Below, in pieces: positions 12,761 to 26,300 of a stretch of DNA of 64,000 nucleotides. Source of the DNA: Octopus sinensis (lineage: Eukaryota). The stretch covers positions 135,904,001 to 135,968,000 of the forward strand of contig NC_042997.1 of the NCBI RefSeq assembly GCF_006345805.1, written 5' to 3'. A program made the translations under genes and the position numbers. The notes under the pieces were generated by a model. That model saw only the letters and a program-made list of their open reading frames with translations. It did no database searches and was not told the DNA's origin. Numbering within the stretch: position 1 is the first letter of the stretch; every line of letters starts with the position of its first letter.

Positions 12761-13274
12761 GGAGTATGGGTAACATACCATTGGAAGACCAGAACAATAG
12801 GGTGTTCTTAGCTGTACCTGTCTATACCCATGCTTGAGCAATCATACATATAAAATGTAAATATATCTACAGATCCCCATATGCTGCAATACTAATTCCA
12901 ATATTAAATAGATATAGATTCACATCTTTATCCATGTATGTACACCATTATATCCATATAAAACCATACTGGCCCCAACTCATACCCTAATCTCCACACC
13001 TGTGCACACACGTATGTATCTATTTCCACAACTATAGATACATATGTGTGCAAACATCCCAAAATCTATGGCTTCTTAGATAGTCTATCATATATACCTG
13101 TACAAGCATGTGCATATATGCATACATACATATATATGTCAGAATCTATATCTACATAAAAACTCACACACCCAGAAAGGTAAAAAGTTGTTTGTTATAA
13201 ATACGCAGAAGAGCTGCAAGTGGGTGGAGGAATAGCCAGAGATGCGCTGTTATTTGCACTTTGAGAATATGGAG

Positions 13275-13321
<47 letters not shown>

Positions 13322-13362
13322 GTTTTGCAAGATATTTTATGTGAATTCGTGTGTTGAAACAG

Positions 13363-13699
13363 ATATTGTTGTATTTGGGGACGGTCATGTTGCCAGTTTA
13401 GCCAATAAAAACAAACGCACTATATATTTGGTGTTCATTTGCTTCAGCTTTATTATATATTATATTAATGTATTTTGGCCAAAGCCCTTTCATCACACTT
13501 CTGTGACCTCATCAGTGATCCTTTGCTGTCTTCTTTCTTTATTGTATCAAAATGACTGATCATTACTAAAGAAAGATTCACAAAAAAGAAAGAATAATGC
13601 AAAAGACCACTGATGAGGTCACAGAAGGAAATGAACATCAAATATATAGTGAGTGTGTTTTATTAGCTAAACTGGCAACATGAACATTCCCAAATAAAG

Positions 13700-13703
<4 letters not shown>
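13363..13703. mobile_element. Foldback element, family H1, internally deleted copy
   Basis: Left arm ATATTGTTGTATTTGGGG..GCCAGTTTAGCCAATAAAAAC.. with hammerhead-like motif at 13479-13518 (-); right arm with half motif CUGAUGAGGUCACAGAAG at 13610; ends at (TA)n. Confidence 0.8.
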
Positions 13704-13742
<39 letters not shown>

Positions 13743-13745
<3 letters not shown>

Positions 13746-13910
13746 ACCACATATTCTTTATTTTCTCTCCTTGTTTCTTTCTGTGTTTCTTTCTGTGGAA
13801 GAGCCTAGGCTCGAAACGTTAAAGACTTTTTAACTTCCCGAGCGTTATGCTAATACATCTGTTTGTGGTCTATATCACCTGTCTTCGTATTTTTTATGAA
13901 TTCTCCCTAT
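13743..13910 (+). mobile_element. Short TA-flanked element end, family H2, with variant hammerhead-like motif at 13788-13825
   Basis: Homologous to 52563-52775 and 58630-58822; UCUUU-CUGUGGA-A-GAGC-CUAG-GCUC-GAAA-CGUU-AAAGA. Confidence 0.75.
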
Positions 13911-14361
13911 ATATATATGTAACTGTACATACACACACATGATATATGTGTGTGCGTGTGTGTGTTCGTGTGTGTGACAGAAAATTATAATTTTACTACA
14001 GAAGGATTCTCCATCTTGGTGTTTGTCATCTTTAGATAAGTCACCATACAAATGCATGTTATTCAAATTGGTTTTAAATTTATGCAGTTTACTGTATTTT
14101 ATGATGAGTTCATTCTAAACGTGATATTTTGAATGGTAATTACGTTTAACTGGTGAAATTATTAAATTATTATTTCCATTCTTTATATATAACTCTTTCC
14201 TGTATAAATTGAAATAAAAGGTAATAAACATTTTATAACAAGAGAAAGCGAAAATATTCATAATTGTTAAAAGAATTAACTTTGCAATATTGCAGTATAT
14301 TTCTAAGACTTATATACCACTACATGGCAAAATTATTTTGTTATCATTGTTTAACATGCAG

Positions 14362-14556
14362 ACAACTCTGACAGAGTACAGCTCTGATTGAGTTGAAACG
14401 ATGTTAATCATCTTCTTCTGTCTTGTGTTGTGTATTCGGGAATATATTTCCCAAAGTGGCTTTTTATCTGAAAACATTTGGGCGTCACTTGGTGAAGATT
14501 TGGTTGCTAATTGTAGCAACGACTATAGAATTTATGTTGTGTATGCGTGTAAATAA
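14362..14556 (+). CDS. Candidate first coding exon of a secreted/membrane protein (ATG 14401; MLIIFFCLVLCIREYISQSGFLSENIWASLGEDLVANC...)
   Basis: Acceptor TTGTTTAACATGCAG at 14361, A at -3 of ATG, hydrophobic N-terminus, possible donors GTATGC 14541 or GTAAAT 14549; frame stops at 14556 if unspliced. Confidence 0.25.
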
Positions 14557-14576
14557 GTGCATATGTATATCACATA

Positions 14577-14618
<42 letters not shown>

Positions 14619-14624
14619 TATAAT

Positions 14625-14684
<60 letters not shown>

Positions 14685-15699
14685 AAAAAAGAGAGATTGA
14701 TTTAGATATAATTAAGCACAGAATATTAATCAAGCACATATGGATTGAAACATTGTAATCAAAAACATATGTCTCGTTCAGCAGCTTTCATATGAAGTTC
14801 TTGTCGATAACAGTATTGCAAGCTTCAGCGTGCCGCTGTATTTCAGGAAATTTGTGAGTAAATGGAAAGTAAACTGCAAACAATCCGTTAGTTAAGACAT
14901 TGGGCTTCATTTCTATGTTTTGGTTGGTAAACCTAGTAAATAAATTAAAATGCGACGTTCCGAATGCTGTACACAAACGAAATTACCAGTTGAAGATTCC
15001 TCTTAGTTGTAGGAAGAAAATAATTACCTACCGACAATTATTAGACATTCTCAAAGAAAGTGAGTCAGGATTTCAAGAATCTAAGAATTAATTATATGCC
15101 TGAGTGTTTTTCTTTAAATGAAAGATAGTGTATGTGAAAGAAAATAATGTAAAACAAATGGATATTTGTTTGAAATTGAATACGTTATGTTGATCTTAAA
15201 TTTTCATTATAGCGAATACACGAATTTCATATATTTTCTTTTAAAGTAAAAGAAACTGCCTCTTTCAATGTAAATATGATATATTTAACACCGATTGACA
15301 TATAGAATACAAAGATAGGTACTGGATCCCAATTCCTGAAAATAGAAAATATTTTTTTAGTAGACATATCTCTTGTATAACTTGAAAAAGACGATGTTCT
15401 TAAGTCATCATAGATCATACTTTTTAAATTCATTTTAGTAAAGACCGCTTTTATAGTACAATTTAACATCCTAGCAATTTCAAATCTTTTTAAGGAAATA
15501 ATAACCATATCAGTAACGCGGTATAATTTTGCTTCTAGTTAAGTATATTTTCTTTTCCTTTTGGCTCAAAAATATACAAAATTTTGTAGTTTTAATGAAC
15601 GAAATTTTTTCATGTATAGCTCTTTGACAGGTTTTAGCGGTAGATTTCCTTGTATGTGTATATGTGTGTGGGTGTGTGTATGTATATGTATATATATAA

Positions 15700-15733
<34 letters not shown>

Positions 15734-15741
15734 ATGTGTAT

Positions 15742-15775
<34 letters not shown>

Positions 15776-15781
15776 ATATAT

Positions 15782-16343
15782 ATGTATGTATGTATGTACG
15801 TATGTATATAACAAATAACAGAGGCGGAAAATGGAACGTAGGAAAAAGTTCATTGCTCACAACGATCGTCTCGACGCATCCTGTATCAATCCCTCGCGGC
15901 TGGGATACTGTACAACTAGCTGTGGTGCATTGCTCGATGCATAGGTGATGTAGTAAGAGTATCTTGTTAAGTATCTTGTCAAGTAAACTCTCTCTTTCTA
16001 GGTTTTAAAACAGTATGCTGTCAGTGAACGTAGGTTTCAGCAGTTATACATCACAACAATTGCTTCGGCCCATCCTTGCGGGTGTGATACTATACGGCTC
16101 ATTGTGTTGCATCCTGAGATAGATCCAATTCAATTACATCAAAACTGTGGATGACGTAATATAGCATAAACAGTGAAAGTGATTTAATCGGCAATCTACA
16201 TACCGCATGCCCAAAGTCCAAATCATAACTCAAGTGTATAAGTTCACTTTCCTATGTTATCTCATTTTCTTCTTGTTTGTTTACGTATTTCATGTTATTT
16301 GCACCGTTCGTGACCTCCTGTACCCATATATGCAGGTATGTAT

Positions 16344-16427
<84 letters not shown>

Positions 16428-16443
16428 GTGTGTGTGTGTGTGG

Positions 16444-16504
<61 letters not shown>

Positions 16505-17044
16505 GTACGTATGTATATAACAATAACAGAGGCGGAAAATGGAACGTAGGAAAAAGTTCATTGCTCACAACGATCGTCTCGACGCATCCTGTATCAATCC
16601 CTCGCGGCTGGGATACTGTACAACTAGCTGTGGTGCATTGCTCGATGCATAGGTGATGTAGTAAGAGTATCTTGTTAAGTATCTTGTCAAGTAAACTCTC
16701 TCTTTCTAGGTTTTAAAACAGTATGCTGTCAGTGAACGTAGGTTTCAGCAGTTATACATCACAACAATTGCTTCGGCCCATCCTTGCGGGTGTGATACTA
16801 TACGGCTCATTGTGTTGCATCCTGAGATAGATCCAATTCAATTACATCAAAACTGTGGATGACGTAATATAGCATAAACAGTGAAAGTGATTTAATCGGC
16901 AATCTACATACCGCATGCCCAAAGTCCAAATCATAACTCAAGTGTATAAGTTCACTTTCCTATGTTATCTCATTTTCTTCTTGTTTGTTTACGTATTTCA
17001 TGTTATTTGCACCGTTCGTGACCTCCTGTACCCATATATGCAGG

Positions 17045-17050
<6 letters not shown>
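15782..17050. repeat. Tandem duplication, 708-bp period, ~560-bp near-identical core bounded by microsatellites
   Basis: GAGGCGGAAAATGG at 15821 and 16529; TACCCATATATGCAGG at 16321 and 17029. Confidence 0.92.
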
Positions 17051-17088
<38 letters not shown>

Positions 17089-17094
17089 ATATAT

Positions 17095-17154
<60 letters not shown>

Positions 17155-17372
17155 TGTGTTTGTATATCTGGGTTTGTACCTCCAGCATCGCTTGACAACC
17201 GATGCTGGTGTGTTTACGTCCCCGTAGCTAGCGGTTCGGCAAAAGAAACCGATAGAAGAAGTATTAGGCTTACAAAGAATAAGTCATGGAGTCGATTTGC
17301 TCGACTAAAAGCGGTGCTCCAGCATGGCCAGAATTAAATAACTGAAACAAATAAAACAATAAAACAATAAAA
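17155..17372 (+). mobile_element. 3' half of tRNA-derived SINE
   Basis: Matches 3955-4154 (CTTGACAACCGATGCTGGTGTGTTTACGTCCCCGT..GGTGCTCCAGCATGGCC). Confidence 0.85.
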
Positions 17373-17802
17373 GAAAATGATTTAACTTACAAGATAAAGT
17401 TTAACAAATTCGATCATAATTTTCGTAAATTGGGGAGATTAGATGTTAATATGGATTGAAATTATTTTTGTTCATGTAACTATACGATCGTTTCATACAG
17501 AAAGACAATAAGTTCATTTTAAGAACCTGGGTTATGAAAAGGTATTCGTCAGTAGCAAAAATTTAGGAAAGGAAAGAAGAAAAGCTAAACAGACGTTAGA
17601 AGCACATAGGCATGCAGATCGTAATGTGTAATTGTTCCTAGATTAATGTCTATTCCAAACGTCTTGTTTTAAATAAACATGACTCGGAAAACAATTAGTG
17701 TGTGTCTGTATGCATATATACACACATACGTGCACTCACGCACACACGCACGCACACAAACACACAAACACACACTCATATATATATGTGTGTGTGCATA
17801 TT

Positions 17803-17854
<52 letters not shown>

Positions 17855-18061
17855 CTTTATTAAAAAGCAGCAGAAATGTCACAAAAACTGACACTCAAAG
17901 TTTCACGCTTCCAGTTCGTCGGACAGTTACAAAATTGTCAGATGAACGGGAACGTGAAACTCTGAGTAACAGATTTTGTGATATATCTGCTACTTTTTAA
18001 TAAAGCATATTACTCTGCCTCAGGTATTCGAGCACTATTTTTTCCACCTTACTCCGGTATA

Positions 18062-18107
<46 letters not shown>

Positions 18108-18419
18108 TTCTGCCTCGGAAAGACATCACGCTGCTTAATAGAAGCATCAAAAGTACACTAGAGGGTTGCTGTTGTACTGGATTAACTGTGTATTCTTACA
18201 ATTCGACTGAATTCATATTTTTCTGAATAACTTGAAAAGACCTGAAATGCACTTTCTCAACCACAGTCTAGTTTAGTCATTGTATACATCTTCGGTATTT
18301 AACCAAGCAATTGAAAAGTTGAGGATATAGCGAGGTTAACTTGAGACATTTCTTTGAACTCTATGGAACAATATATTGTACGAATGGTTTCAAGATACAA
18401 ATTTCATGATTGAATACCT

Positions 18420-18870
18420 CGGGACAGGAAACAATAAGGTTGACGATTGTGGTAGTGGTGATGGTGATGATGGTGCTGCTGCTGTTGCTGCTGCTGCTGA
18501 TGATGATGATGATGGTGATGATGACAACGACGATGACGATGATGATGAGATGATGAATACGATGGTGGTGATGGTGGTGGTGGTGGTGGTGATGATGATG
18601 ATGAACACGATGGTTTTGCTGGTGGTGATGGTGGTGGCTATAATAGTGGTGATCGTGGTTGTGGTGATGGTGGTGGTCATGGTCTTGGTGGCGGTGATGG
18701 TGCTGGTTACAACGATGAGAATGATGATGAAAGTAGTAGTGTTGGTGATTGATGATGATGATGATAACGACGATGATGACGATGACGGTTGCGGTGGTTG
18801 TGATGCGGGTGATGCTGGTGGTAGTTATGGCAACGTTCAACATCATGCTCTTGATCATAACCATGATCAT
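18420..18870. repeat. Degenerate (GAT/GGT/GCT)n trinucleotide low-complexity tract
   Basis: Direct inspection; yields poly-D/V/H/I ORFs in several frames. Confidence 0.9.
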
Positions 18871-19526
18871 GGTATTCTCATTCAATAATTTCACTTTGAG
18901 CAAATTGATCTGTTTCACTTGATAACTGTTTATAAGATTAGGCTGATACAATATTAATTTGCTTATGTCTGAAATGGAGAAATTAATTCCTGGTTTGCAC
19001 GAACCTTTCTTATGTACATACGAAATTATATTCTCCATATGATGAAGAATTATTCAGATATGAAATTAGTTAAAAGTTTTCAGCGACTTTTATGTCTATA
19101 TGTAGACGCATATTAAATCTTTTCTCTCTCACCTTCTCTCACTTTCTCTCATTCTGCCAGTCTGCCTCTCTGTCTCTTTCCATATATATATATATAAGAG
19201 GAGAGAGAGACACAGACAGAGAAGATCGAATACGTGTGCACGAAGACAAAATCGCAGAAACCGCTTTTATATATCCGGTATAAGCAATTGAGCAGTGTTA
19301 AATTAAAATAGCCATCTATATATCATACTTAATGTAAAGGCACTGTGGCAAGCCAGTTACTGCAGTATTTGTTATGAGATAAGATCTCTTATAGATGCAT
19401 TGTGTTAAAAATCGTGATAAATACGAGAGACGAAAATTCGTCCCATCAGCGAGCAACGAGAATCCCAGATGAATTTCGTCCTGCTCATGCAAAAATGCGA
19501 TCCCTCTGTTGCCCAGAAAAGGCAAG

Positions 19527-19990
19527 AAATGTTAAACGTAAGGTATGAAAGAAATAATTTCCACCAAATTAATATAGAGATATTTCACCCGGACTATGGC
19601 TTTAGGTTTATACCTGTATTTATTGGGGTATTTGAATATGTAACTATCTTCACACCGCATCAATTGTGGAGAAACTGAGATACACAAAGCCAGAAAGAAA
19701 ACAATTAATTATAAAATTACATTTACAAACAGCTAATTGTACTCAAAAATATTGCAGAAGTCTATCCTGTCATAAATAAATGCGAATGCATGTAGAAATA
19801 TATTTATGCGTAGGCATGCAAATTTCTATGAAAACATAGACAAAACTCGTGTCCGAGTACACTAAGTCATTTTTTTAAACAACACTTTAAAACGCTGTAA
19901 CAAAACAGAACTCTCATGTACAGGCGAACTTAGAAATTACGGTTGCTACAGTCTAAGCTACACCTGCCGTCTATCTTCAGGAACAAGGAA
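19527..19990 (+). mobile_element. Decayed 3' end of family-D RLE retrotransposon
   Basis: HPDYGFRFIPVFIGVFEYVT aligns with YPDYKFRFIPVIIGALEYVT at ~3245-3310; continues into a presumed 3' UTR. Confidence 0.65.
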
Positions 19991-21629
19991 ATCATAGATA
20001 TGACATAACTTCAAACAGGCAGGCTCCCACGATATTCCCTCTTGACAGTTCCGTTGCTTGTTTTTTGGTTAGAAGTTTCTGACCGTAAATTTTATTATGA
20101 GAAATACAACGGTAACAAATTTATATTCACGTAGAACTATTTTCTTCTGGTAGTGAGGACCACGGGATATTCAACAATCCGTTGATTTGATATTAAAGTA
20201 TCCTTCTCTTACATGTTTGTTACTTCGATATTTTCTCAATTTTTTTTTTACTGTAATATTTATTGGAACAATTTGTAAAACGTAAAACAATTTATTGGAA
20301 CGATTTGTAAAACGTAAAAGATTTATAGGAGCAGATATAAAGTGTAACGTTTTGAGTAATTAACGCGTTTATTTAAAAGAATTGATGTGTATCTCTAACT
20401 AACAGAGAAAACTTTAGCAGTCTTGATAAACAACTGTGTGCATCACCTCACATATTTCTAAATACAATCTATGTTTTCATTTGCATAAATTATTCAATAA
20501 ATTTAATTAAATATTCACACTGTCATAGAATGTCAACATGTGATAGATTACACTCTGATAATTCTCACCTCTGATTTTATTACATTTAATTTTGAAATCA
20601 GATACATGAAGGTTCTTATAATGTAAAGACCATCGCTCGAACTTCGGTGTACATGTTATTTTAGTTCTTTAAATGCCAACAAAATGAGTACGTATCTTGT
20701 GCAAATGATACTATATCAGAGTAGAAATCAATAACAACTAATCGTCACCTTCGCTTCATAATGTTTCTGAAAGGATGAAGCAAATGCCATTTGTAGCTCA
20801 TGTATATATTTATTTTGAGTCTGTAAACGTGTACGAACGTATGTGTGTGCATAAAAATAGCCAAAATGTTTCAAAAAGTAAATAAAATACGCATTCGTTG
20901 TTATTATTTCTGAAAGTATGAAATAGAAATTCCTATTGATAACTTACACACTTGTCAACCAGACAAGGGAGAGAATAGCAGAGAAGCAAATGTTTTTCTG
21001 CTACTCTCGATGGAATTACACATTGAACCGCAAGCCATAAAACTAAAAATATTTCAATGCAATTAGTTTAGTTTTCTCTTGTGTCGCAGTATGATTGTAT
21101 TATACACACCATACTGTTTATTTATCTACTCTGCAGCCAGGAAAGTAATCTTCAACTTTCATAAGATTTGATCATATAACTCACACAATAATAGACAGTT
21201 TATTAGCCGGATACGCAGTCGCTTCAGTTAACTCTCAGGACTTTGATATTAATCAAATCCAAACTGTATAAATTAATATTCAGGTTCTAACGGTGCGAAG
21301 ATATTATCTGAAGTTTCTTATAACATATTCATGATATGAGTCTGCTTTCTTACATTTTACACGATTATCATTTGTGCGCAACGTAAAATTTCACACGCTT
21401 TACATTTACGCGTCATAAAACGTTGCGAAGGTTAATTCAAAGTGAAATTTCAGCTACATATTTACTTCTTTTGTTCTTCTGAATTTTCATAAGACAGCAT
21501 ATTGAAAAATCTAAATCTTTATAAAGATTATATATTTTCTGAATATATAACAAAGTGCATGATGTTGATGATGATGGGATCTTAACGTATAGTGCGACAA
21601 ATTCATAGATATCGTAAGCATCCATAAAG

Positions 21630-21977
21630 TTGAAAAAGAAGCAAAGGTAATAGTTATTGCAATATCAGGCGATTGGAGGGTGAAACGTTAGGAAACAGAA
21701 AAGAGTGAGAAATACCAGCCACTGCGGGACGAGACAGCAACGTTATGGGGTATGAGAAAAGTAAAGGTGATACCGGTGGTAATTTGGGCTTTCGGAATAG
21801 TTTCCAAGGGCTTCCAAAAACATATTAAGAATATTGGAGCTACTGTCAGGTTCGAAGTGGTCCAGAAGACAACATTGTTGGGCACAGCTCCCATTCTTGA
21901 ATACTTTGGTGATTTGTTACTACCTGCTTTGAAGTAAAGAACAACCAGTAATTAAGAAATATCCGAGAATCTTTCAT
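21630..21977 (+). mobile_element. R4/Dong-like retrotransposon 3' fragment (family C)
   Basis: EKSEKYQPLRDETATLWGMRKVKVIPVVIWAFGIVSK..QKTTLLGTAPIL; followed by (AAT)n. Confidence 0.8.
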
Positions 21978-22028
21978 AATAATAATACTGATAATAATAA
22001 TAATATAATAATAATAATAATAATAATA

Positions 22029-22066
<38 letters not shown>

Positions 22067-22080
22067 TAATAATAATAATA

Positions 22081-22147
<67 letters not shown>

Positions 22148-22278
22148 TAATAATAATAATAAGAATAATAAGAAGAAGAAGAAGAAGAAAGAAGAAGAAG
22201 AAGAAGAAGAGAAGAAGAAGAAAAGAAGAAGAAGAAGAAGAAGAAGAAGAAGAAGAAGAAGAAGAAGAAGAAGAAGAA
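21976..22278. repeat. (AAT)n/(ATT)n grading into (GAA)n microsatellite
   Basis: Direct inspection. Confidence 0.95.
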
Positions 22279-23272
22279 CAGAAAAAGCTAAGCGCATGAA
22301 AACCTGTGCCAAAACCGCGGCCTTAGATATTCTGAATAATAAATGGCAAGAAAAACCTCTCTATGGCAAATACCCAAAGAGAGCGAATAATGCAGATATT
22401 GACAAAGCCCTGACCCATCAATGGTTAATGGCCTCTGGCTTAAAATCTGAAACAGAAGGGTTTATCATGGCAGCTCAAGATCAATGCCTACCAACAAGAA
22501 ACTACCAGGCCAACATATTAAAGAAAGGCAGTAGCCCAACATGTCGTGTATGTCGACAACAAAATGAAACCATTGATCATGTTGTCTCCAAGTGCAGTCT
22601 TTTAGCGCCTACAGAGTACCTCAACAGGCATGATAGAGCTGCACAATATATTCACTGGGTAATTTCCAAAAACCTGGATTTGCCACATGAAAAAAACTGG
22701 TGGGAACACAATCCACCCCCAGTGCTTGAAAATGACAACATCTCACTCATCTGGAACTTCACCATTCAAACTGACAGAAAGATAGATGCAAACAGGCCAG
22801 ACATCATATTGAAAGACTTCAGACAAAGAACATGCCTCCTCATTGATATGACTGTCCCAATCGATATAAACATATCTGTCAAGACCTACCAGAAACTGAG
22901 CAAATATAAAGATCTTGAAATAGAAATCAGCAAAATGTGGAACCTGAAGACTAAAACAATACCTGTTGTCATAGGTGCCCTGGGAATGATAGCGAAAGGG
23001 GCTGATTGCTACCTAACTCAGATACCAGGAAACCCCAAAATGGCAGAAATTCAAAAGATAGTGCTCATGGGAACTGCTCATATCCTACGCAAAATACTCT
23101 CTATGTAATCTCAAGGTTTATTAGACATTAACTAGTACAACACCAAAAAAAACCTCAAATATATGGCACACTAGGCATAACAACAACGTGAACTTCCAAC
23201 CTGTTGTCTCTTGAGGTCTCTGGGTGAGACTTGGAGCCAACTTGTACAAACATAAAGCAAAAGCCAAACATA

Positions 23273-23273
<1 letters not shown>
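22278..23273 (+). mobile_element. 5'-truncated R4/Dong-like retrotransposon (family A): CCHC knuckle + RLE endonuclease + 3' UTR
   Basis: ORF 22296-23108: KWQEKPLYG, ETEGFIMAAQDQ, CRVC..ETIDHVVSKC, RHD, NRPDII, IDMTVP, KLSKY, QKIVLMGTAHILR; followed by (AAT)n. Confidence 0.92.
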
Positions 23274-23359
<86 letters not shown>

Positions 23360-26300
23360 GGAAGCAAGAACACCGGGGGACGTTTAAAGAAGAAAGAACA
23401 CCGGGGGACGTTTAAGGAAGAAAGAACACGGGGGGACGTTTAAGGAAGAAAGAACACCGGGGGACGTTTAAGATGTAAGAAGGAAAATACAGAGCTCCGA
23501 AATCTATCCACAAACATCGAAAACAAGGACATCCTATGGAGCCAAAGATTTACTAACAAAGAATTGGACTGTATCCGAGTAAGTAATGCTAATTGAAATT
23601 TATTACTATTTTCGAAACGAAATGATGTATTTTGACTCGATATCATCTCCACCTCTAACACAACACATGTAAACATGCGTGGAACATCACGATCATCCCC
23701 GACCCCAAACACCATGTACAAAGGAACTACGAAGAAATTAAATGCCACCGATACTATTCAACCCAAGAATAACAATCGAGCGGTACGTACATTAAACTTA
23801 CAACAAAAAATGTACGAAAAACTACACGTGCGAAATAATGTGACAACAGAAATAAACGGACCGGTACCCTACGAAAATGACGACCGTCAAAATAATGGGC
23901 CGGACGTTGTACCTCATGTCCCGCAAATAAAACCCAAAAGACGTAAATGGACACGTGAGGAATACATTTCTATCTTACACGCATACTTCACAGCAATGCT
24001 CTACCCAAAAAATGAAAATACAACAACACATACATATAAAATATGGAAGGAAAATAATAGAGATATATATAGACTTGGATACAGCAATGAACCCTAATAA
24101 ATTAGCTAACGTACGAAGATACATTCTCAAAGCCAAAAAAATATCAGAAATAGAAATAGAACATTTAAAAGAAAAAAGACACCAGGAAAATGTAGATAGA
24201 AGCCACACAACAATGCCCAATAATATAAACACTGAAACTGTAAAACACGAAGACAAACGCAACATTCCCAACAAACACGATGTAAACAACGAAGGGGAGC
24301 CTAATGATTATGATAATATAAAAAATAAAATAATCAAAGAACTGAAAACCACAGAGCCCAAAATGGACCACCGACCATACCTCCCAAGAATCAAAATAAA
24401 CGAAATAACAACACCAATTATAAACAGCAAAAACCTAGCCGTCACTGAACTAGCCACTGAAACAAAAAAAAGTGATAACACTGAGCTAAATGACTTGATA
24501 TACGCAGCAGCCACTGCAGCCACAAAAGAAGCTGGATACTCACCGAAACCCGCCCAAACAGGAGTACCACCACCCAAACAAACCCTGTGGATAAATAACA
24601 TCCAAAACAAAATTTAAAAAATTAGAAAAGACCTGTCGATTCTTAATGAAATCAGCAAACAATCAACGCTACTGAGCAACAAAAGAGAACACAAATACTC
24701 TCCGCAAATATAACATCACAGAAAAATTTGCCGGAGATAAAGAAAAGCTGAAGCAAGATATCCTTGCCAAAGCTCAAAGGATCCGCCGGTACGAGAAACG
24801 CCAACGCTTCTTTGAACAAAACAAAAAGTTCAACTCCAACCCCAAAAAGTTCTACCAAGAACTGGGCAAAAATAAAATAGAAGTCACTGCAGCGCCAACG
24901 GCAGAAGAATTGGAAGAATTCAGGAGAGAAATATGGTCGGCGAACGAACAGCCAAAAAAAAGGAGTATCAAAATAACAAACTCGACATCTGAACAACTTT
25001 GGACCCCCATAACAACTGAAGAGGTCACCCAGGCACTGCAAAAACTAAGCAACTGGAAGGCACCTGGGCATGACAAGATCCCCAACTTCTGTTTGAATTA
25101 TCTAACAGGAATGCACAAAAAGCTGGCTGAAAACTTTAACAGCATACTAGCAGAGCCAGAGACAATGCCTGAATGGCTCACGAAGGGGAAAACCATCTTA
25201 ATTCCCAAATCAAATGAAACAGCAAAACCAGAAAACTACAGACCAATAACCTGCCTCCCTACTATGTTCAAGGCTTTTACTGCAGTGATATCGCAAAGGC
25301 TGAACAAGCACCTGGACGAAAACAAACTGTTCCCAGAAGAGCAGAAAGGATGCCGCAAAGGCTCATATGGCTGTAAAGATCAACTAATGATTAATAAAGC
25401 CGTAACTGAAGACAGCCACAGAAAGAAGAAAGAGCTCAGTATGGCCTGGATTGACTACAAAAAGGCGTTTGATAGCATCCCCCACACATGGATCCTCGAA
25501 ACACTAGCCATTAACAAAGTAGCACCAACAATCATAAAATTCATAGAGCACTCTATGAATAAATGGCAAACAGTCCTACACCTCCAAACAAAAGAGGGAC
25601 TCATGAAAACCAAAGACATCCCCATTAGAAGAGGAATATTCCAGGGAGACACGCTCTCTCCACTCCTTTTCTGCTTGGCACTGTCACCTCTATCTGATAT
25701 GCTAAATAGAACTGGATGCGGATATAAATGTTACGGAAAAACGATCAGCCACCGTTTATATATGGATGACCTAAAACTATACGCTGCAAATGACAAACAG
25801 CTGGAAACACTATTAAAGACAGTTCATGGATTTACCAAAGAAATAGATATGAAATTTGGATTCGAAAAATGCGCCAAAGTAACCATGAAAAGAGGAAAGC
25901 TAGTTAAGAGTAACAGCATCACCCTAGATAAAACCAATGAAATAAAAGAATTAGACCAAAGCCAAACATACAAATACTTAGGAATCCATGAACTAGATAA
26001 GACACAACACACACAAATGAAAGAGAAAATAAAAAAAGAATATTATAGACGAGTTAGATCAATACTAAAAACAGAGCTCAATGCTAAAAACAAGATAATA
26101 GGTATCAACACTTTAGCTGTCCCAGTTATAAGTTACAGCTACAATATCCTTAACTGGACATGAAATGAACTGTCCAAAATAGATAGGAAAACAAGAAAAA
26201 TAATGACAGGATCTAGGATGCATCACCCAAAATCTGACATAGAAAGACTATATATACAACGTATAGAAGGTGGTAGAGGCCTTATACAGCTGGAAAACTA

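Noticed and set aside
18361-19038. 225-aa, 170-aa and 96-aa ORFs with poly-H/D/V/T
   Set aside because: Open in several frames on both strands because of a degenerate trinucleotide tract
23365-23473. 28-bp repeats as a CRISPR array
   Set aside because: Head-to-tail with no unique spacers, no cas genes, eukaryotic retrotransposon context
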